DNA of 61,084 nt from a virus (taxonomy: Duplodnaviria > Caudoviricetes), in the IMG/VR virus record IMGVR_UViG_3300021519_000011, positions 1 to 61,084 of that record; one strand, given 5' to 3'. Under the pieces are notes generated by a model. It was not told the DNA's origin and ran no database searches. It saw nothing but the letters and a program-made list of their open reading frames with translations. This document shows, piece after piece, positions 28,161 through 37,833 of the stretch. Every line of letters begins with the position of its first letter. The first letter of the stretch is position 1. The position numbers and the translations under genes are program-made.

Positions 28161-28915
28161 GTTAGTGTTCCTGAAGTATAAAATGTGTGTACATAATATA
28201 AAACGCCTGCGGTGGTATAAGAAGTTAACGTACCGCCCGTCATTTTTTGTGATGTAGCTCTATATCTAATAATAACAATTCCAGAACCGCCAGCACCACC
28301 GGGCAACCCAGTATTTAAACCAGAGCCACCGCCACCTGAACCAGTGTTTACTGTAGCGGGCGATCCCGGTAGATCTCCGCTTGCTGGTGATCCTATTCCT
28401 CCATTACCGCCGCCGGCAGTACCTATACCTGCATAATAATAACCTCCACCACCACCGCCACCAGCTATGGTCTGAGAAGAGCCTGAAATTGATGATGTTG
28501 ATCCCGGCCCACCAGTACCGCCGCTGCCCCCAGTTCCTTGACCGCCATCTCCTGATGAACCCGCACCACCACCAAATGCATCTGTTCCTGTTCCGCCGCC
28601 CGGAATATAACCATTACCAGAAACACCACTTGCATATCCACCACCACAACTAACTACGCCGCTAATTGTAGTCGTACCACCTGTTCCTCCGTCAATGCTA
28701 CCGGGGCCACCTGCACCAATGGTAATAGTTATTAATGTAGTTGCGGGAATAAAAGAAGTTGTGCCTGCTAAGTATTTACCTGCACCAGCACCAAAAGTAG
28801 AGGTAGCTCCACCACCACCACCACCTACTGCTACATAGGAAATTTGCAGAGGAAACCCATTGGTATAACCATAGGATTTAGCACCTGCTGTTCCACGAGT
28901 ATTTACTATTGGCAT
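28151..28915 (-). CDS. Glycine-rich tail-associated protein
   Basis: V.GGGGGG...NTGSGGGG...GGSGIVIIRY...VHTF..SGTL. Confidence 0.75.
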   Translation of the reverse strand: MPIVNTRGTAGAKSYGYTNGFPLQISYVAVGGGGGGATSTFGAGAGKYLAGTTSFIPATTLITITIGAGGPGSIDGGTGGTTTISGVVSCGGGYASGVSGNGYIPGGGTGTDAFGGGAGSSGDGGQGTGGSGGTGGPGSTSSISGSSQTIAGGGGGGGYYYAGIGTAGGGNGGIGSPASGDLPGSPATVNTGSGGGGSGLNTGLPGGAGGSGIVIIRYRATSQKMTGGTLTSYTTAGVLYYVHTFYTSGTLTWL

Positions 28916-29775
28916 TATGCAAACTGAGTTTGTGAAGCAAAAACACTAAAAGTACCACTTCCAGTTTTGACAATATTGTATGTGTATATGTCAACAGAGC
29001 TTGGGTTTCCTGTTGTTGGCGCGGTGCCTCCCTGCCATTTAGGGGTTGCTGAACCCCCGTCAATAGTTACAGTAGGTATGTAATAGGGCGTTCCACCATT
29101 TGTCATAAAGACTGCTACACAAGTTGATTGCCCAGTAGATATTAGGTTATTAAGAGCCGTAGTAGCACTTCCACGAATATTAAGGGTGCAATTTGCAGTG
29201 GCACTAGCAGTAGAGTAATAAACCGTCTGTGTCAGGGTATCAAAATTTAAAGTACTGCCAATACCCGTAGCAGAAATAGTGGTTCTTTCATTGATTTCTG
29301 GGGTTGTAAAGAAAGATGTAACAGCTAATGTATTTGAGGTTATTCCACCAGTAACAGTTAAATTACCATCAATAAGGTTTAAAGTTGTTGCAGAATAGAC
29401 ATCTGTACCGTCGCAGAAAACCACCGCGGAAGCTGCATTTGTTAAGGCTACTCCATTACCAGAAGATGTTTTAATCGTAACCGTAGCGTTGGAAAAGTTT
29501 CTAACAATGTAGACTTTTTGTGATGGGGGAACAACAACATTGCAGGGGGCAGCCAATAATCCATTAAGCATTAATACAGCATTTCTAGCTTGATCTGATA
29601 GCCCGTTATAATCAGTAAGTGTTACATCGCCAGTAAGTGTAAGTGGAAGTACCCCAGTAATCGCCTGTTCTAGCAAGGTTCCAAGGTTTAAGTTTGTGGT
29701 TGTACCCCATGTACCGGCTTGTTCGCCGTTTCCAATAAGTTCTAGTTTAAGACTTGGGCTGTAAGTTGATGGCAT
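28915..29775 (-). CDS. Tail fibre-associated structural protein
   Basis: STYS..LKLELIG.GEQAGTWG.TTN.NL.TLLEQAI N-terminus; Thr-rich. Confidence 0.65.
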   Translation of the reverse strand: MPSTYSPSLKLELIGNGEQAGTWGTTTNLNLGTLLEQAITGVLPLTLTGDVTLTDYNGLSDQARNAVLMLNGLLAAPCNVVVPPSQKVYIVRNFSNATVTIKTSSGNGVALTNAASAVVFCDGTDVYSATTLNLIDGNLTVTGGITSNTLAVTSFFTTPEINERTTISATGIGSTLNFDTLTQTVYYSTASATANCTLNIRGSATTALNNLISTGQSTCVAVFMTNGGTPYYIPTVTIDGGSATPKWQGGTAPTTGNPSSVDIYTYNIVKTGSGTFSVFASQTQFA

Positions 29776-29784
29776 TTTTGTCCT

Positions 29785-30687
29785 TTACGCTGCTATAAGT
29801 TCCCACTCTGTGGTTTGTGAATCATCAATCTGACCCCAACTAGCGCTAGAATCATCGTCTATATTTGTCCAATTTGGGTCTTGGTTATTAGGTATCTGGC
29901 CCCAAACCAATACATTGCCAATTATACCCGTAGCCTGAACGCCTGTTAAGTAGATATTAGCATTGGCTCTAGTTGATACAGTACCTACATATCCTACTGC
30001 TTGCACCCCAGTTACAAGGATGTTTTGGGTTAATTTAATCTCTACAGTACCAAGCTGTCCTATGCCCGTTACACCCGTTAAAAATACCCTAGCATTAGCC
30101 GCCGTAGTAACCGTTCCAACTTGACCTACTGCTTGGACTCCTGTTACATAAATATTGGCGCCCGCCTTGGCAACAACCGTTCCAACTTGACCTACGCCTT
30201 GAACCCCAGTTACATATACATTAGCCCCCGCAGTAGCTGAAGCAGTACCTAGCTGAGTTACGCCTGTAACACCTGTTAAATTGACTACCGCGCTAGCAGT
30301 TGTAGTTACAGTCCCTACTCTACCTACTGCTTGAACCCCAGTAACATTTACCCCAGTACCTCCCTGAGTGGTTACGGTTCCAAGTTGTGCTGGGGCTTGA
30401 AGTCCTGTAAGGTTGACTACCGCGCTTGCGGCTACGGTTAAACTTCCAACCTGTCCTACGCCTTGAACGCCAGTAAGATTTACTACCGCGCCCGCTTGAG
30501 CCGTTACAGTACCTACCTGACCAACAGCTTGGACACCTGTTAAGTTGACTACCGCATCACCAGTAACGTTTGCTGTGCCTAGATACCCGACTGCTTGAAC
30601 GCCAGTAACAGCAACATTAACACTAACCGCCCCGCCGGGCAAAGCACCAAACGGGGTCGAGGCAAAGGGATCAAAGCCAAATAACAT
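29785..30687 (-). CDS. Structural protein with 22-aa tandem repeats
   Basis: About 11 copies of VNLTGVQAVGQVGTVTxxAxAV. Confidence 0.75.
   Translation of the reverse strand: MLFGFDPFASTPFGALPGGAVSVNVAVTGVQAVGYLGTANVTGDAVVNLTGVQAVGQVGTVTAQAGAVVNLTGVQGVGQVGSLTVAASAVVNLTGLQAPAQLGTVTTQGGTGVNVTGVQAVGRVGTVTTTASAVVNLTGVTGVTQLGTASATAGANVYVTGVQGVGQVGTVVAKAGANIYVTGVQAVGQVGTVTTAANARVFLTGVTGIGQLGTVEIKLTQNILVTGVQAVGYVGTVSTRANANIYLTGVQATGIIGNVLVWGQIPNNQDPNWTNIDDDSSASWGQIDDSQTTEWELIAA
29900..30625 (-). repeat. Degenerate 66-bp coding tandem repeat, about 11 units (ends approximate)
   Basis: tt(g/t)actaccgc recurs at 30281, 30413, 30479 and 30545, all multiples of 66 apart. Confidence 0.8.
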
Positions 30688-30689
30688 GG

Positions 30690-31760
30690 TTAGGCTGTGT
30701 AAGTGCCGCTAGCGGTATATTTAAGGATGGTATTAGAGCCATTAGTGGTTACGGTTGGTGAGCCTGAAGTGGTTCCAGTATAAGATGTGGTAGGAATAGA
30801 TAAAATAACTACCCCTGAACCACCAGTACCGCCAGCGCCAATATTTAAACCAGAACCACCGCCACCACCGCCAGTATTTGTTCCACCATTTGAACCGCCA
30901 CCAGTATTTCCATTTCCACCACCACCAGCACCACCCGGACCTGCCCCTCCTACATAACATCCACCACCACCACCGCCACCATAATAAGTAGATGTTCCGG
31001 TAATTGAAGATGCTAGCCCAGCTCCACCAGCAGCACCATCATCTGTTCCAGTATTCGTTGCCCCAACCGCGCCTGCACCGCCACCACCACCACCAGAATA
31101 TTTGCCAACAACATTGGCGCCACCACCGCCAGCATATCCTTGGCCTGAAGTTCCAGCCGCACCCGATGCACCTTGACCACCACCACCACCACCAGAACCA
31201 CCTACGCCACCCGCGCCACCTGCTGCACCCCCCCAACCACCACCAACTGAAGTTACTGATATAACACTTATGGATGAATTGCTACCAGTACTACCATGAG
31301 AAGAGGATTGGTCTGGCGCACCAGCGCCTCCAGCGCCAACTGTAATGGTGTATACACTTCCCGGAATAAATGAAGCTGTACTTGTTAAATATCCGCCGGC
31401 ACCTGCGCCACCACCAGCCACATTATAACCACTATAACCATTACCGCCACCACCGCCTCCGGCAACAGAAAGATACGTTACTGTATATGAGGTTGCTTTT
31501 ATAATAGTCCAAGCATTACCAACATAACCTTCTAAACCGTAGCCAGAATCTGTGTTGTACCGAATCATTCCGTTAACACCCGTTGGGCGTTGGGCTGTAG
31601 TACCACGAGGCAAAGTAATTGCGCCAGTAGAGGTAAAGTTAGCGTTTTGATCTGTGCCAATAATGACGGCTGATGTATTAGCAGTTTGAAGCGCTAAAGT
31701 TCCAGATGTATCTACGGTTTCTGTTAAGCCCGCAGTGCTTGCATTTATAGTTACGCTCAT
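30690..31760 (-). CDS. Glycine-rich tail-associated protein
   Basis: P.GTTAQRP....GMIRYN module plus a Gly-rich domain paralogous to 28151-28915. Confidence 0.75.
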   Translation of the reverse strand: MSVTINASTAGLTETVDTSGTLALQTANTSAVIIGTDQNANFTSTGAITLPRGTTAQRPTGVNGMIRYNTDSGYGLEGYVGNAWTIIKATSYTVTYLSVAGGGGGGNGYSGYNVAGGGAGAGGYLTSTASFIPGSVYTITVGAGGAGAPDQSSSHGSTGSNSSISVISVTSVGGGWGGAAGGAGGVGGSGGGGGGQGASGAAGTSGQGYAGGGGANVVGKYSGGGGGGAGAVGATNTGTDDGAAGGAGLASSITGTSTYYGGGGGGGCYVGGAGPGGAGGGGNGNTGGGSNGGTNTGGGGGGSGLNIGAGGTGGSGVVILSIPTTSYTGTTSGSPTVTTNGSNTILKYTASGTYTA

Positions 31761-32035
31761 GGGAATGTCGTCCAAGTTCCGCCTACATAGACTTCTAAGT
31801 TTGCTGTGCTGCCGTTATAGCGAATCATTCCGTTTACTCCAGTAGGTCTATTATTTGTAGTGCCCGCAGGTATTGTTACAGCGCCAGTAGAAGTAAAGTT
31901 AGCTATTTGTCCAGAATCTATTACTACAGCGTTAGATCCATTTGTTTGCAGCACAAGGTTAGCCGTACCGTCAGAACTTTTAATAATTGCTGAGAAGGCT
32001 GTGGAGTTTCCGGCTTGTGCATTTATTGTGGACAT
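31757..32035 (-). CDS. Short tail fibre module protein
   Basis: Paralogous to the N-terminus of 30690-31760 (NFTSTGA.T.P.GTT..RPTGVNGMIRYN). Confidence 0.7.
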   Translation of the reverse strand: MSTINAQAGNSTAFSAIIKSSDGTANLVLQTNGSNAVVIDSGQIANFTSTGAVTIPAGTTNNRPTGVNGMIRYNGSTANLEVYVGGTWTTFP

Positions 32036-32037
32036 GG

Positions 32038-32376
32038 TTAGCTAGACCACTGCTCTGTAGGTTGGGTGGGCCATGTTGGGTTTTCTACTGGATTTACTGC
32101 GTAACCACGAATAACATTACGATAAGATAAAAACTCAGCTTGGTTTGTTAAATACGGATTATTTTCTGGCGATGCAATATCCGCAATAGAAGTCCAGTCT
32201 GTTGAATTTAAAATAGTAGTTGCTTGTGCTTTACAATCTAATTTTTTAGCCTCTACTTGAACTGCTGCTGTGTCATAAATAACGGGGTTGCCTTCTGCGT
32301 CAAATGCCTCATTGCTGTAAATAGTAACAACTTGTGGATAGAGAATGTAAATTGCTTGGGTAAAATATTGGTTCAT
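32038..32376 (-). CDS. Tail assembly chaperone-like protein, copy 1
   Basis: L..TDWT.I.D....YR..IR...WP..P. Confidence 0.65.
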   Translation of the reverse strand: MNQYFTQAIYILYPQVVTIYSNEAFDAEGNPVIYDTAAVQVEAKKLDCKAQATTILNSTDWTSIADIASPENNPYLTNQAEFLSYRNVIRGYAVNPVENPTWPTQPTEQWSS

Positions 32377-32903
32377 GCTGCAATCTCCAAAGCAACTATA
32401 TTTAAAGACCATCCATCAGAGTTGTATCTAACGCTGCTTCCACTACTACTTTTAATATAAACCGTGTAAGTAGTTGCAGAACTTGTTGCAGGGCTGTCTA
32501 AAAAAACCAAATTTGTAGGTACATGATTATCTGTGCCTCCATTGATGTAAAGTCCGCCAGAACCAACAGAACCATTTAAATTAGAACCGCCTCTGTACAA
32601 AGTGTAATATCCCCAATATGCAGACCCTTGTGTATTAATCATCCCTTGGTGCATAACTAAAATTTTACTTGTGGAAAACTTTGGAGTAATGGTTACTAAA
32701 ATTCCAGTTGTAACATAAGAGGTAGATGTTGTAGTTGTTGCATTTGTATAACTTGACTGAACCACTTGCAATACTGACCCAGTTGGTAGACGAGCAAACG
32801 GCAAAGTTCCAGCACTAATGTTGGTAGCATTAGTTGCGCTTGTGGCTTGAATACTTACATCGGGAAACGTTAAACCATTTGACCCATCAATAATTACCGT
32901 CAT
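32373..32903 (-). CDS. Tail fibre module protein
   Basis: GSVLQVV, ITPKFSTSKILV, LDSPATSSATTY, EIAA. Confidence 0.7.
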   Translation of the reverse strand: MTVIIDGSNGLTFPDVSIQATSATNATNISAGTLPFARLPTGSVLQVVQSSYTNATTTTSTSYVTTGILVTITPKFSTSKILVMHQGMINTQGSAYWGYYTLYRGGSNLNGSVGSGGLYINGGTDNHVPTNLVFLDSPATSSATTYTVYIKSSSGSSVRYNSDGWSLNIVALEIAA

Positions 32904-32912
32904 ATTAAATCC

Positions 32913-33326
32913 TTAAGGTTGAGGGTCTAATAGTACCCAAGACAATGTTGCTTCATCCCAGTAGTAGGCTTGACCGTCGGTTGGATAAGGTACTGGAGCT
33001 TCCCATAGGAAAGTTGAAGTATTTAGAATCCAAGATGGATACGGCTGAGGTGCATAGAAAACGCCTACAACTCCGTCAATAACATAAGAGTTATCGTATG
33101 TATACCCAATACCAGCATAGTTAGCACGAAGCGGAGTTCCACCATCGGGCGTATGGGGTTCAGCGGGAGGAGATGGTGCGTAATGCACGTTTCCATAGGT
33201 GTTATATGAAGTTTGTACCCACATTCCGGGTTGAGTATCAACAAACTCTTGGTCTGCCGCAATAACTTCAGTTACTAAAAATTTAGAGGCTTCTGAAGTT
33301 GCCTCGCACTTTGCAAAATACGACAT
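32913..33326 (-). CDS. Conserved tail-associated protein
   Basis: WVQTSYN, LRANYAGIGYTYD, FYAPQPYPSW.L...WEAPVPYP. Confidence 0.7.
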   Translation of the reverse strand: MSYFAKCEATSEASKFLVTEVIAADQEFVDTQPGMWVQTSYNTYGNVHYAPSPPAEPHTPDGGTPLRANYAGIGYTYDNSYVIDGVVGVFYAPQPYPSWILNTSTFLWEAPVPYPTDGQAYYWDEATLSWVLLDPQP

Positions 33327-33667
33327 TATGAACTCCATTGTTCGGTTGGCGCTACAGGAAATACTGGGTCTACTACTGGATTTACTGCATATCCTCTAAC
33401 GGTGCTTCTATAAGCAATAAATTCAGCTTGGTTTACAAGGTAAGGATTGGCTTTAGTTGAGTCGCCTACATCGGCAATAGAAGTCCAATCGGTTGCTGTA
33501 AGAATAGCTTTAGCTTGATTTTTACAAGCAATTTTGTTAGCTTCTACTTCAACCGCAGCAGCGTCATATTCAACAATATTGTCATCTTTGTCGTATGCTT
33601 TTTCACTAATAGTGTGAGTAGTTTGTGGATATAAAGCATAAATTGCTTGTGTAAAATATTGACTCAT
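33326..33667 (-). CDS. Tail assembly chaperone-like protein, copy 2
   Basis: Paralog of 32038-32376. Confidence 0.65.
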   Translation of the reverse strand: MSQYFTQAIYALYPQTTHTISEKAYDKDDNIVEYDAAAVEVEANKIACKNQAKAILTATDWTSIADVGDSTKANPYLVNQAEFIAYRSTVRGYAVNPVVDPVFPVAPTEQWSS

Positions 33668-34272
33668 GCTGCTATTTCCATTAATGTTACTGTTGATATT
33701 CCTCGTTTACCAGTTGCATTCGCTTGGTCTGTTGCAGACCTATTAAAATAAATAGCAATAGTATTATCGTTATTTACATAAAATTGGTAAGTTGTAGAAG
33801 AAGTAGTTGCAGGAGAATCTAAATAATTATAGACAAAAGTATTTGTTTGGTTTCCGTCAGTTACAAAAGCCATTCCCATGGAAACTAATTGTTGCCCTGA
33901 AGCTGTTGCCCCAAGACCTATTGATGTTGAGTTTCTTTTAAAGTATCCACCATAAGTTGTTAAAAGTGATGAATACATAATTTGGGCAATTATTAATATT
34001 TTGCTTGTAGAAAAATTTGGCGTAATAGTGGCATTTATTCCAGTAACAAGTTGTTCTGTTCCATTAGCTGTAACTGAAAGTGTGGTATTTAAAGTATTAC
34101 TAACTACTTGCAATACCGTACCAGCCGTTTTGTTAGTAATAATAGTGCCTGTTAAATTAGGAACAGTAATAGTATTAGTACCAGCGCCAGTAGTAAAAGC
34201 TAAGTTACCAGAAGTATCACCAGTAATAACTATTGCGGTAGAGGCTGTATTTCCTGCGCTTATAGTACTCAT
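33664..34272 (-). CDS. Tail fibre module protein
   Basis: Paralog of 32373-32903 (GTVLQVV, ITPNFSTSKIL, LDSPAT, EIAA). Confidence 0.7.
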   Translation of the reverse strand: MSTISAGNTASTAIVITGDTSGNLAFTTGAGTNTITVPNLTGTIITNKTAGTVLQVVSNTLNTTLSVTANGTEQLVTGINATITPNFSTSKILIIAQIMYSSLLTTYGGYFKRNSTSIGLGATASGQQLVSMGMAFVTDGNQTNTFVYNYLDSPATTSSTTYQFYVNNDNTIAIYFNRSATDQANATGKRGISTVTLMEIAA

Positions 34273-34737
34273 TTAAATAACCACCCATCTAGAACCGCTA
34301 GAAATAGTAACAGATACGCCGTTTGCTGTAGTAATTGGGCCTACTGAGAAACCATTAGTACCTGTAGCAATCGTATAGTTTGCTGTAGCGTTTGCTTGAT
34401 TTACTATAATTGCTTGCCCGCTTCCGCCTAATGCAGAAGTTTCAGACGGATAAGTAACAAATACGTCCTTAGTACCAGCCGTAAAATTAGCAACCGCGCC
34501 CGCATTACTTGAAGACAGAATCGTAGTACGAGCTAAAGAAACGTTACCAGAATAGTACGTGCCAATACCTACTTCCCAAGTAGACCCTGTTTGATCCGCT
34601 ATGGTGTAATACGTTGTATTGGCATTACCTACTACCGCAAATGACTGATAACCGGTCTGCGCACCACCTAATACAATAGTGCCAGTACCAGTTGTAGTGG
34701 TATTTTCTTTAACGCGGTCTGCAAGAATCAGAGCCAT
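34273..34737 (-). CDS. Tail fibre anchor-like structural protein
   Basis: LADRVKE.TTT.GTG, WEVGIGTY, F.AGTKDVFVTYP. Confidence 0.65.
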   Translation of the reverse strand: MALILADRVKENTTTTGTGTIVLGGAQTGYQSFAVVGNANTTYYTIADQTGSTWEVGIGTYYSGNVSLARTTILSSSNAGAVANFTAGTKDVFVTYPSETSALGGSGQAIIVNQANATANYTIATGTNGFSVGPITTANGVSVTISSGSRWVVI

Positions 34738-34750
34738 CTAAAGCTCCTGT

Positions 34751-35185
34751 TTAGGCAATCCGGATAATGGCTGAAGTCGAGTCTGCTGTTGGGAATATAA
34801 CGCTAAATGTACCGTTAGTAGCAGTCTTATCGCCACCAAAAGCCAACACAGCAACAGCCGTATTTGCAGTAGAGTTATAAATCAACGCACCGTTAGCTGT
34901 AATATTCGCATTAGTCCAAGAACTATTCGCAAACGACATAAACGCTACGTTACCTGTAGAGGTAGGACTTGTACTAATCGTTAGTGTATTACCACCAGCG
35001 GTGTAGTTTGAGCTAGAGCTAGTCTGCTCATTTAAAGTCGTGTACGCGGTTGTTGCGTTTGATAGAGTCGCTGAACTAGTATACAAAGCGATCTTATATA
35101 CGGGCGTAGCACCAGATGTTAAATTTTGTTGACCAGCAAGGATTTGTACCTTGAACGAGTCACACATTGCTTGGGTAATTGCCAT
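34751..35185 (-). CDS. Structural protein
   Basis: MC.SFK, KIALYTS.A, GALIYN, AVL.FGGDKT, AIIRIA. Confidence 0.7.
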   Translation of the reverse strand: MAITQAMCDSFKVQILAGQQNLTSGATPVYKIALYTSSATLSNATTAYTTLNEQTSSSSNYTAGGNTLTISTSPTSTGNVAFMSFANSSWTNANITANGALIYNSTANTAVAVLAFGGDKTATNGTFSVIFPTADSTSAIIRIA

Positions 35186-35186
35186 T

Positions 35187-35750
35187 CTATGCTCCTAAAA
35201 ATTTATTAGATTTGCTGATATTAACTGCTGCTGGAATAACTTGCAAATTATACGGCGTGTGCAAGCCAGATACGGTTTTACCCTGTAAAGGTACTACATG
35301 ATCTACGTGCCACACAAACCCAGTCATTTTACTCCTTAATGCAGCTAATTCATAGGCTTGCCCAATCATCCAATGGTCAATTTCTGTAAGCCATGCGGGG
35401 GTACGTTGGAGTTTTGCTGCTTTGCGTTTGGCACCAATTTTTGCAAAAATATGCAAATTCTTCTTTTGGTAATTTCTGCTTTTTTGACGCATCAGATCTA
35501 AATTTTCCAAGCGAAATTCTTTTGACCTAGCGATAAGGCTTTCAGCATGGTTCTTATACTGGGTATCATTATGTTGCTTTACTTTGTTTGGGTTTTTAGC
35601 CCGCCATGCAACAAGAAACTCAGCACGGCAAGCCATACATTCACCTGTTTTAGTGCGGCGATTGGCAATATGTTTACTTGTTTTGCAGGGCTTACCAGTA
35701 AAATACTGTTTTTCTTCTGCGGCTAGTGCGCCTTTACGGGTCGTATGCAT
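35187..35750 (-). CDS. Free-standing HNH endonuclease
   Basis: N-terminal YFTGKPC...H...R....C..C; RTPAWL...WHVDHVVPLQG..VSGLH.P.NLQVI. Confidence 0.9.
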   Translation of the reverse strand: MHTTRKGALAAEEKQYFTGKPCKTSKHIANRRTKTGECMACRAEFLVAWRAKNPNKVKQHNDTQYKNHAESLIARSKEFRLENLDLMRQKSRNYQKKNLHIFAKIGAKRKAAKLQRTPAWLTEIDHWMIGQAYELAALRSKMTGFVWHVDHVVPLQGKTVSGLHTPYNLQVIPAAVNISKSNKFLGA

Positions 35751-36439
35751 TACGGATTAACCTTAATAGAGGCTTGTCCTACTCGGTAAGCATCGTTGCG
35801 CTCTAATCCAGTACCCAGTCTGTTGAGCTGTTGCATTGCTTCATCATACTTAGCCTTGTATAGCGCTAGCAAGTCTGACTCACCTTTCATATAAGAATAC
35901 GCTTCCACTATACTGCCCCAAAGCAGCGCGGGCGAGTAGTTATCACCAAGCCAAGACGTACCAGCATCGACAATGGATTCTGGATAAGCGTTGTAATGAA
36001 GCTCAATACCGTAGTTTGCATCAGGTTTTGGGCCTAGCATAAAGCTCAGTTCATTAGGATCATTCAGTCTAGAACCAAATAAGGCGTAGTATCGGGGTAA
36101 GCCCGTAGCTGTTGGATCTGGGTAAGCTGCACGAATGAAGTTAACGTCTTTGTTTAAAAGGTACTCATATGCACCATCCCCATCAATAACCGCCATTGAA
36201 TAGGTAGATAAGTAGTCGTTAGGACATCCTAAATAAACTGTAGTCGAAGAGCAATTTCCTGTAACGTTTTTACGCAAAGAAGGTATCTGTATCGTGTTAT
36301 AGATACGCTGTTCCGCCTGTTCAATGAAAGTATTAATCTGCGTTGTATAGCTGACCGTACTTCCATTGGCGAGATAAGTCGCCGGAAATTGGTTTTCCGT
36401 ATAGGCTTGAATCTGATCGAACAGTTCTTGGTAATTCAT
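35750..36439 (-). CDS. Head-tail adaptor / tail tubular A-like protein
   Basis: FIEQAE.RI, G.P.YY, LGP.PD..Y, SWLGDN...ALL.G...EAY.YMK. Confidence 0.55.
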   Translation of the reverse strand: MNYQELFDQIQAYTENQFPATYLANGSTVSYTTQINTFIEQAEQRIYNTIQIPSLRKNVTGNCSSTTVYLGCPNDYLSTYSMAVIDGDGAYEYLLNKDVNFIRAAYPDPTATGLPRYYALFGSRLNDPNELSFMLGPKPDANYGIELHYNAYPESIVDAGTSWLGDNYSPALLWGSIVEAYSYMKGESDLLALYKAKYDEAMQQLNRLGTGLERNDAYRVGQASIKVNP

Positions 36440-36696
36440 TAGCCCATTGGTCCTCTAGACATAACGCCTTTAGTGGCTGCACCAGTACCACGGATCTTAA
36501 TACCCGAAGTTTTTACTTCATCATTCTGGCTCTTAAATACACCACCTACAGACATTTTAATATCGTCTACGCCATTACCAGCTTTAACTACCGCTGATTT
36601 TTCGCTTACGGGACCGCCACTCATCGTGTGTGGTTCAGCGTATACAGCAGCCGCACCAACTTCTTTGCCCATTTTCTTTGCGCTAAATTTAGCCAT
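36439..36696 (-). CDS. Small basic virion-associated protein
   Basis: C-terminal KIRGTGAATKG..SRGPM. Confidence 0.7.
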   Translation of the reverse strand: MAKFSAKKMGKEVGAAAVYAEPHTMSGGPVSEKSAVVKAGNGVDDIKMSVGGVFKSQNDEVKTSGIKIRGTGAATKGVMSRGPMG

Positions 36697-36878
36697 TATC
36701 GACCTCTTTGGTTTGCGGCACGGGCTAAGTTACGACCTACTGCCTTCATGTTCTTGTTTAGGCTACTTTTGTTGGCTTTTGGGCCACTCAAAATAACTTT
36801 CTTACCGTCGTCTGGGAATACCTGAGTATCAGTTTTACCTGTCTTAGTTACTCCATCTGCTGATTTTCTAAATCCCAT
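36696..36878 (-). CDS. Small basic protein
   Basis: ADG..K.GKT and MK.VGRNLAR motifs; RBS AGGAG. Confidence 0.65.
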   Translation of the reverse strand: MGFRKSADGVTKTGKTDTQVFPDDGKKVILSGPKANKSSLNKNMKAVGRNLARAANQRGR

Positions 36879-36888
36879 GTCATGCTCC

Positions 36889-37317
36889 TTAAGTTATGCT
36901 AATTGTTACTGTACCAAGTTGTCCGTAACCCTTCAAGTCATCTGGCGTTAATGCATTATCAAATCTTCTTGAACCACCTACGGGATTCCAATTCCACTGA
37001 AACACCCTACTACCCATATCTGGGTTACCAAACCCATCAACCCCAGTGCCGCCGTTAATGTCAATCTGCAAACCACTAGTACCTGACTGCTGATAACTCA
37101 CATCTGGTCTTGGATCCCGTACTGCTTGTGGGTCAGAAATTGGAAACATACCAAGTTGTAATTGTGGTTGATCCGGGTCCCAGCAGCTTGGGCAGACTTT
37201 AATATTATATAGTTTAGTTTTAAGTACTTGCTTTTTTAATTCCTTTAACATGTACCTTTGCCCGCAACGATCACATTCGGCAATTGAATTTTTGCCGGAG
37301 GCATACTTGCTAGGCAT
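36889..37317 (-). CDS. Zinc-ribbon phage protein
   Basis: CDRCG...VCPSCWDPDQPQL...DPQAVRDPRPD. Confidence 0.75.
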   Translation of the reverse strand: MPSKYASGKNSIAECDRCGQRYMLKELKKQVLKTKLYNIKVCPSCWDPDQPQLQLGMFPISDPQAVRDPRPDVSYQQSGTSGLQIDINGGTGVDGFGNPDMGSRVFQWNWNPVGGSRRFDNALTPDDLKGYGQLGTVTISIT

Positions 37318-37825
37318 AACTTTCCTCCAGTCGGTTGTTTTTTAAACGATTTTCTCTTGCCGTAATAACCCGCAAATTACTAGGTACATGTAACCCTGAT
37401 ACTGTTTGTCCGTGCAATGGGATTATATGATCAACTTCCCAAGGCTCTACGCCGTGTTTGTTTAACATTGCCGCTAATTGATATTTACATTTTATACGCA
37501 AAAAGTCGCTTTCGGTTAGCCACGCTGGAGTTCTGTTTGTTTTACCGGCCCGATATTTTGCTTTATTGGCAACAATTCTTCCTTTATTTCTTTGCCGCCC
37601 CTGCTTAGAAAGTTCCGCAGCCCGCTCTGGATTCTTATTTCTCCACCGAATTGTTTTTTGTACTAATTTTTCTGGGTGTTTTTCTGCGTATCTTTTATTT
37701 TGTTCTGCCACTTTTTCTGGGTTAGCTTTTTTCCATGCCTTAAGGCGAGCGCAAGCCTTTTCTTTATTACGGCTGGCGTAATCTTTTTGGTATGCTTTGC
37801 GAGCTTCTAGGTCTTTAAGGGGCAT
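37310..37825 (-). CDS. Free-standing HNH endonuclease
   Basis: RTPAWL...WEVDHIIPLHG..VSGLHVP.NL.VI...N..K.N. Confidence 0.9.
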   Translation of the reverse strand: MPLKDLEARKAYQKDYASRNKEKACARLKAWKKANPEKVAEQNKRYAEKHPEKLVQKTIRWRNKNPERAAELSKQGRQRNKGRIVANKAKYRAGKTNRTPAWLTESDFLRIKCKYQLAAMLNKHGVEPWEVDHIIPLHGQTVSGLHVPSNLRVITARENRLKNNRLEESYA

Positions 37826-37833
37826 TCATAACC

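Noticed and set aside
29900-30625. 66-bp periodicity as a CRISPR array
   Set aside because: Degenerate in-frame coding repeat with no constant repeat plus unique spacer pattern.
28381-31264. His-, Trp- or Val-rich alternative-frame ORFs
   Set aside because: Shadow frames of poly-Gly codon runs.
28151-34272. Diversity-generating retroelement or invertible shufflon in the tail paralogs
   Set aside because: No reverse transcriptase or invertase; differences are not adenine-specific and all copies share one orientation.
25599-37825. Group I introns around the HNH genes
   Set aside because: Flanking genes are intact and abut the HNH ORFs, leaving no room for intron core structure.
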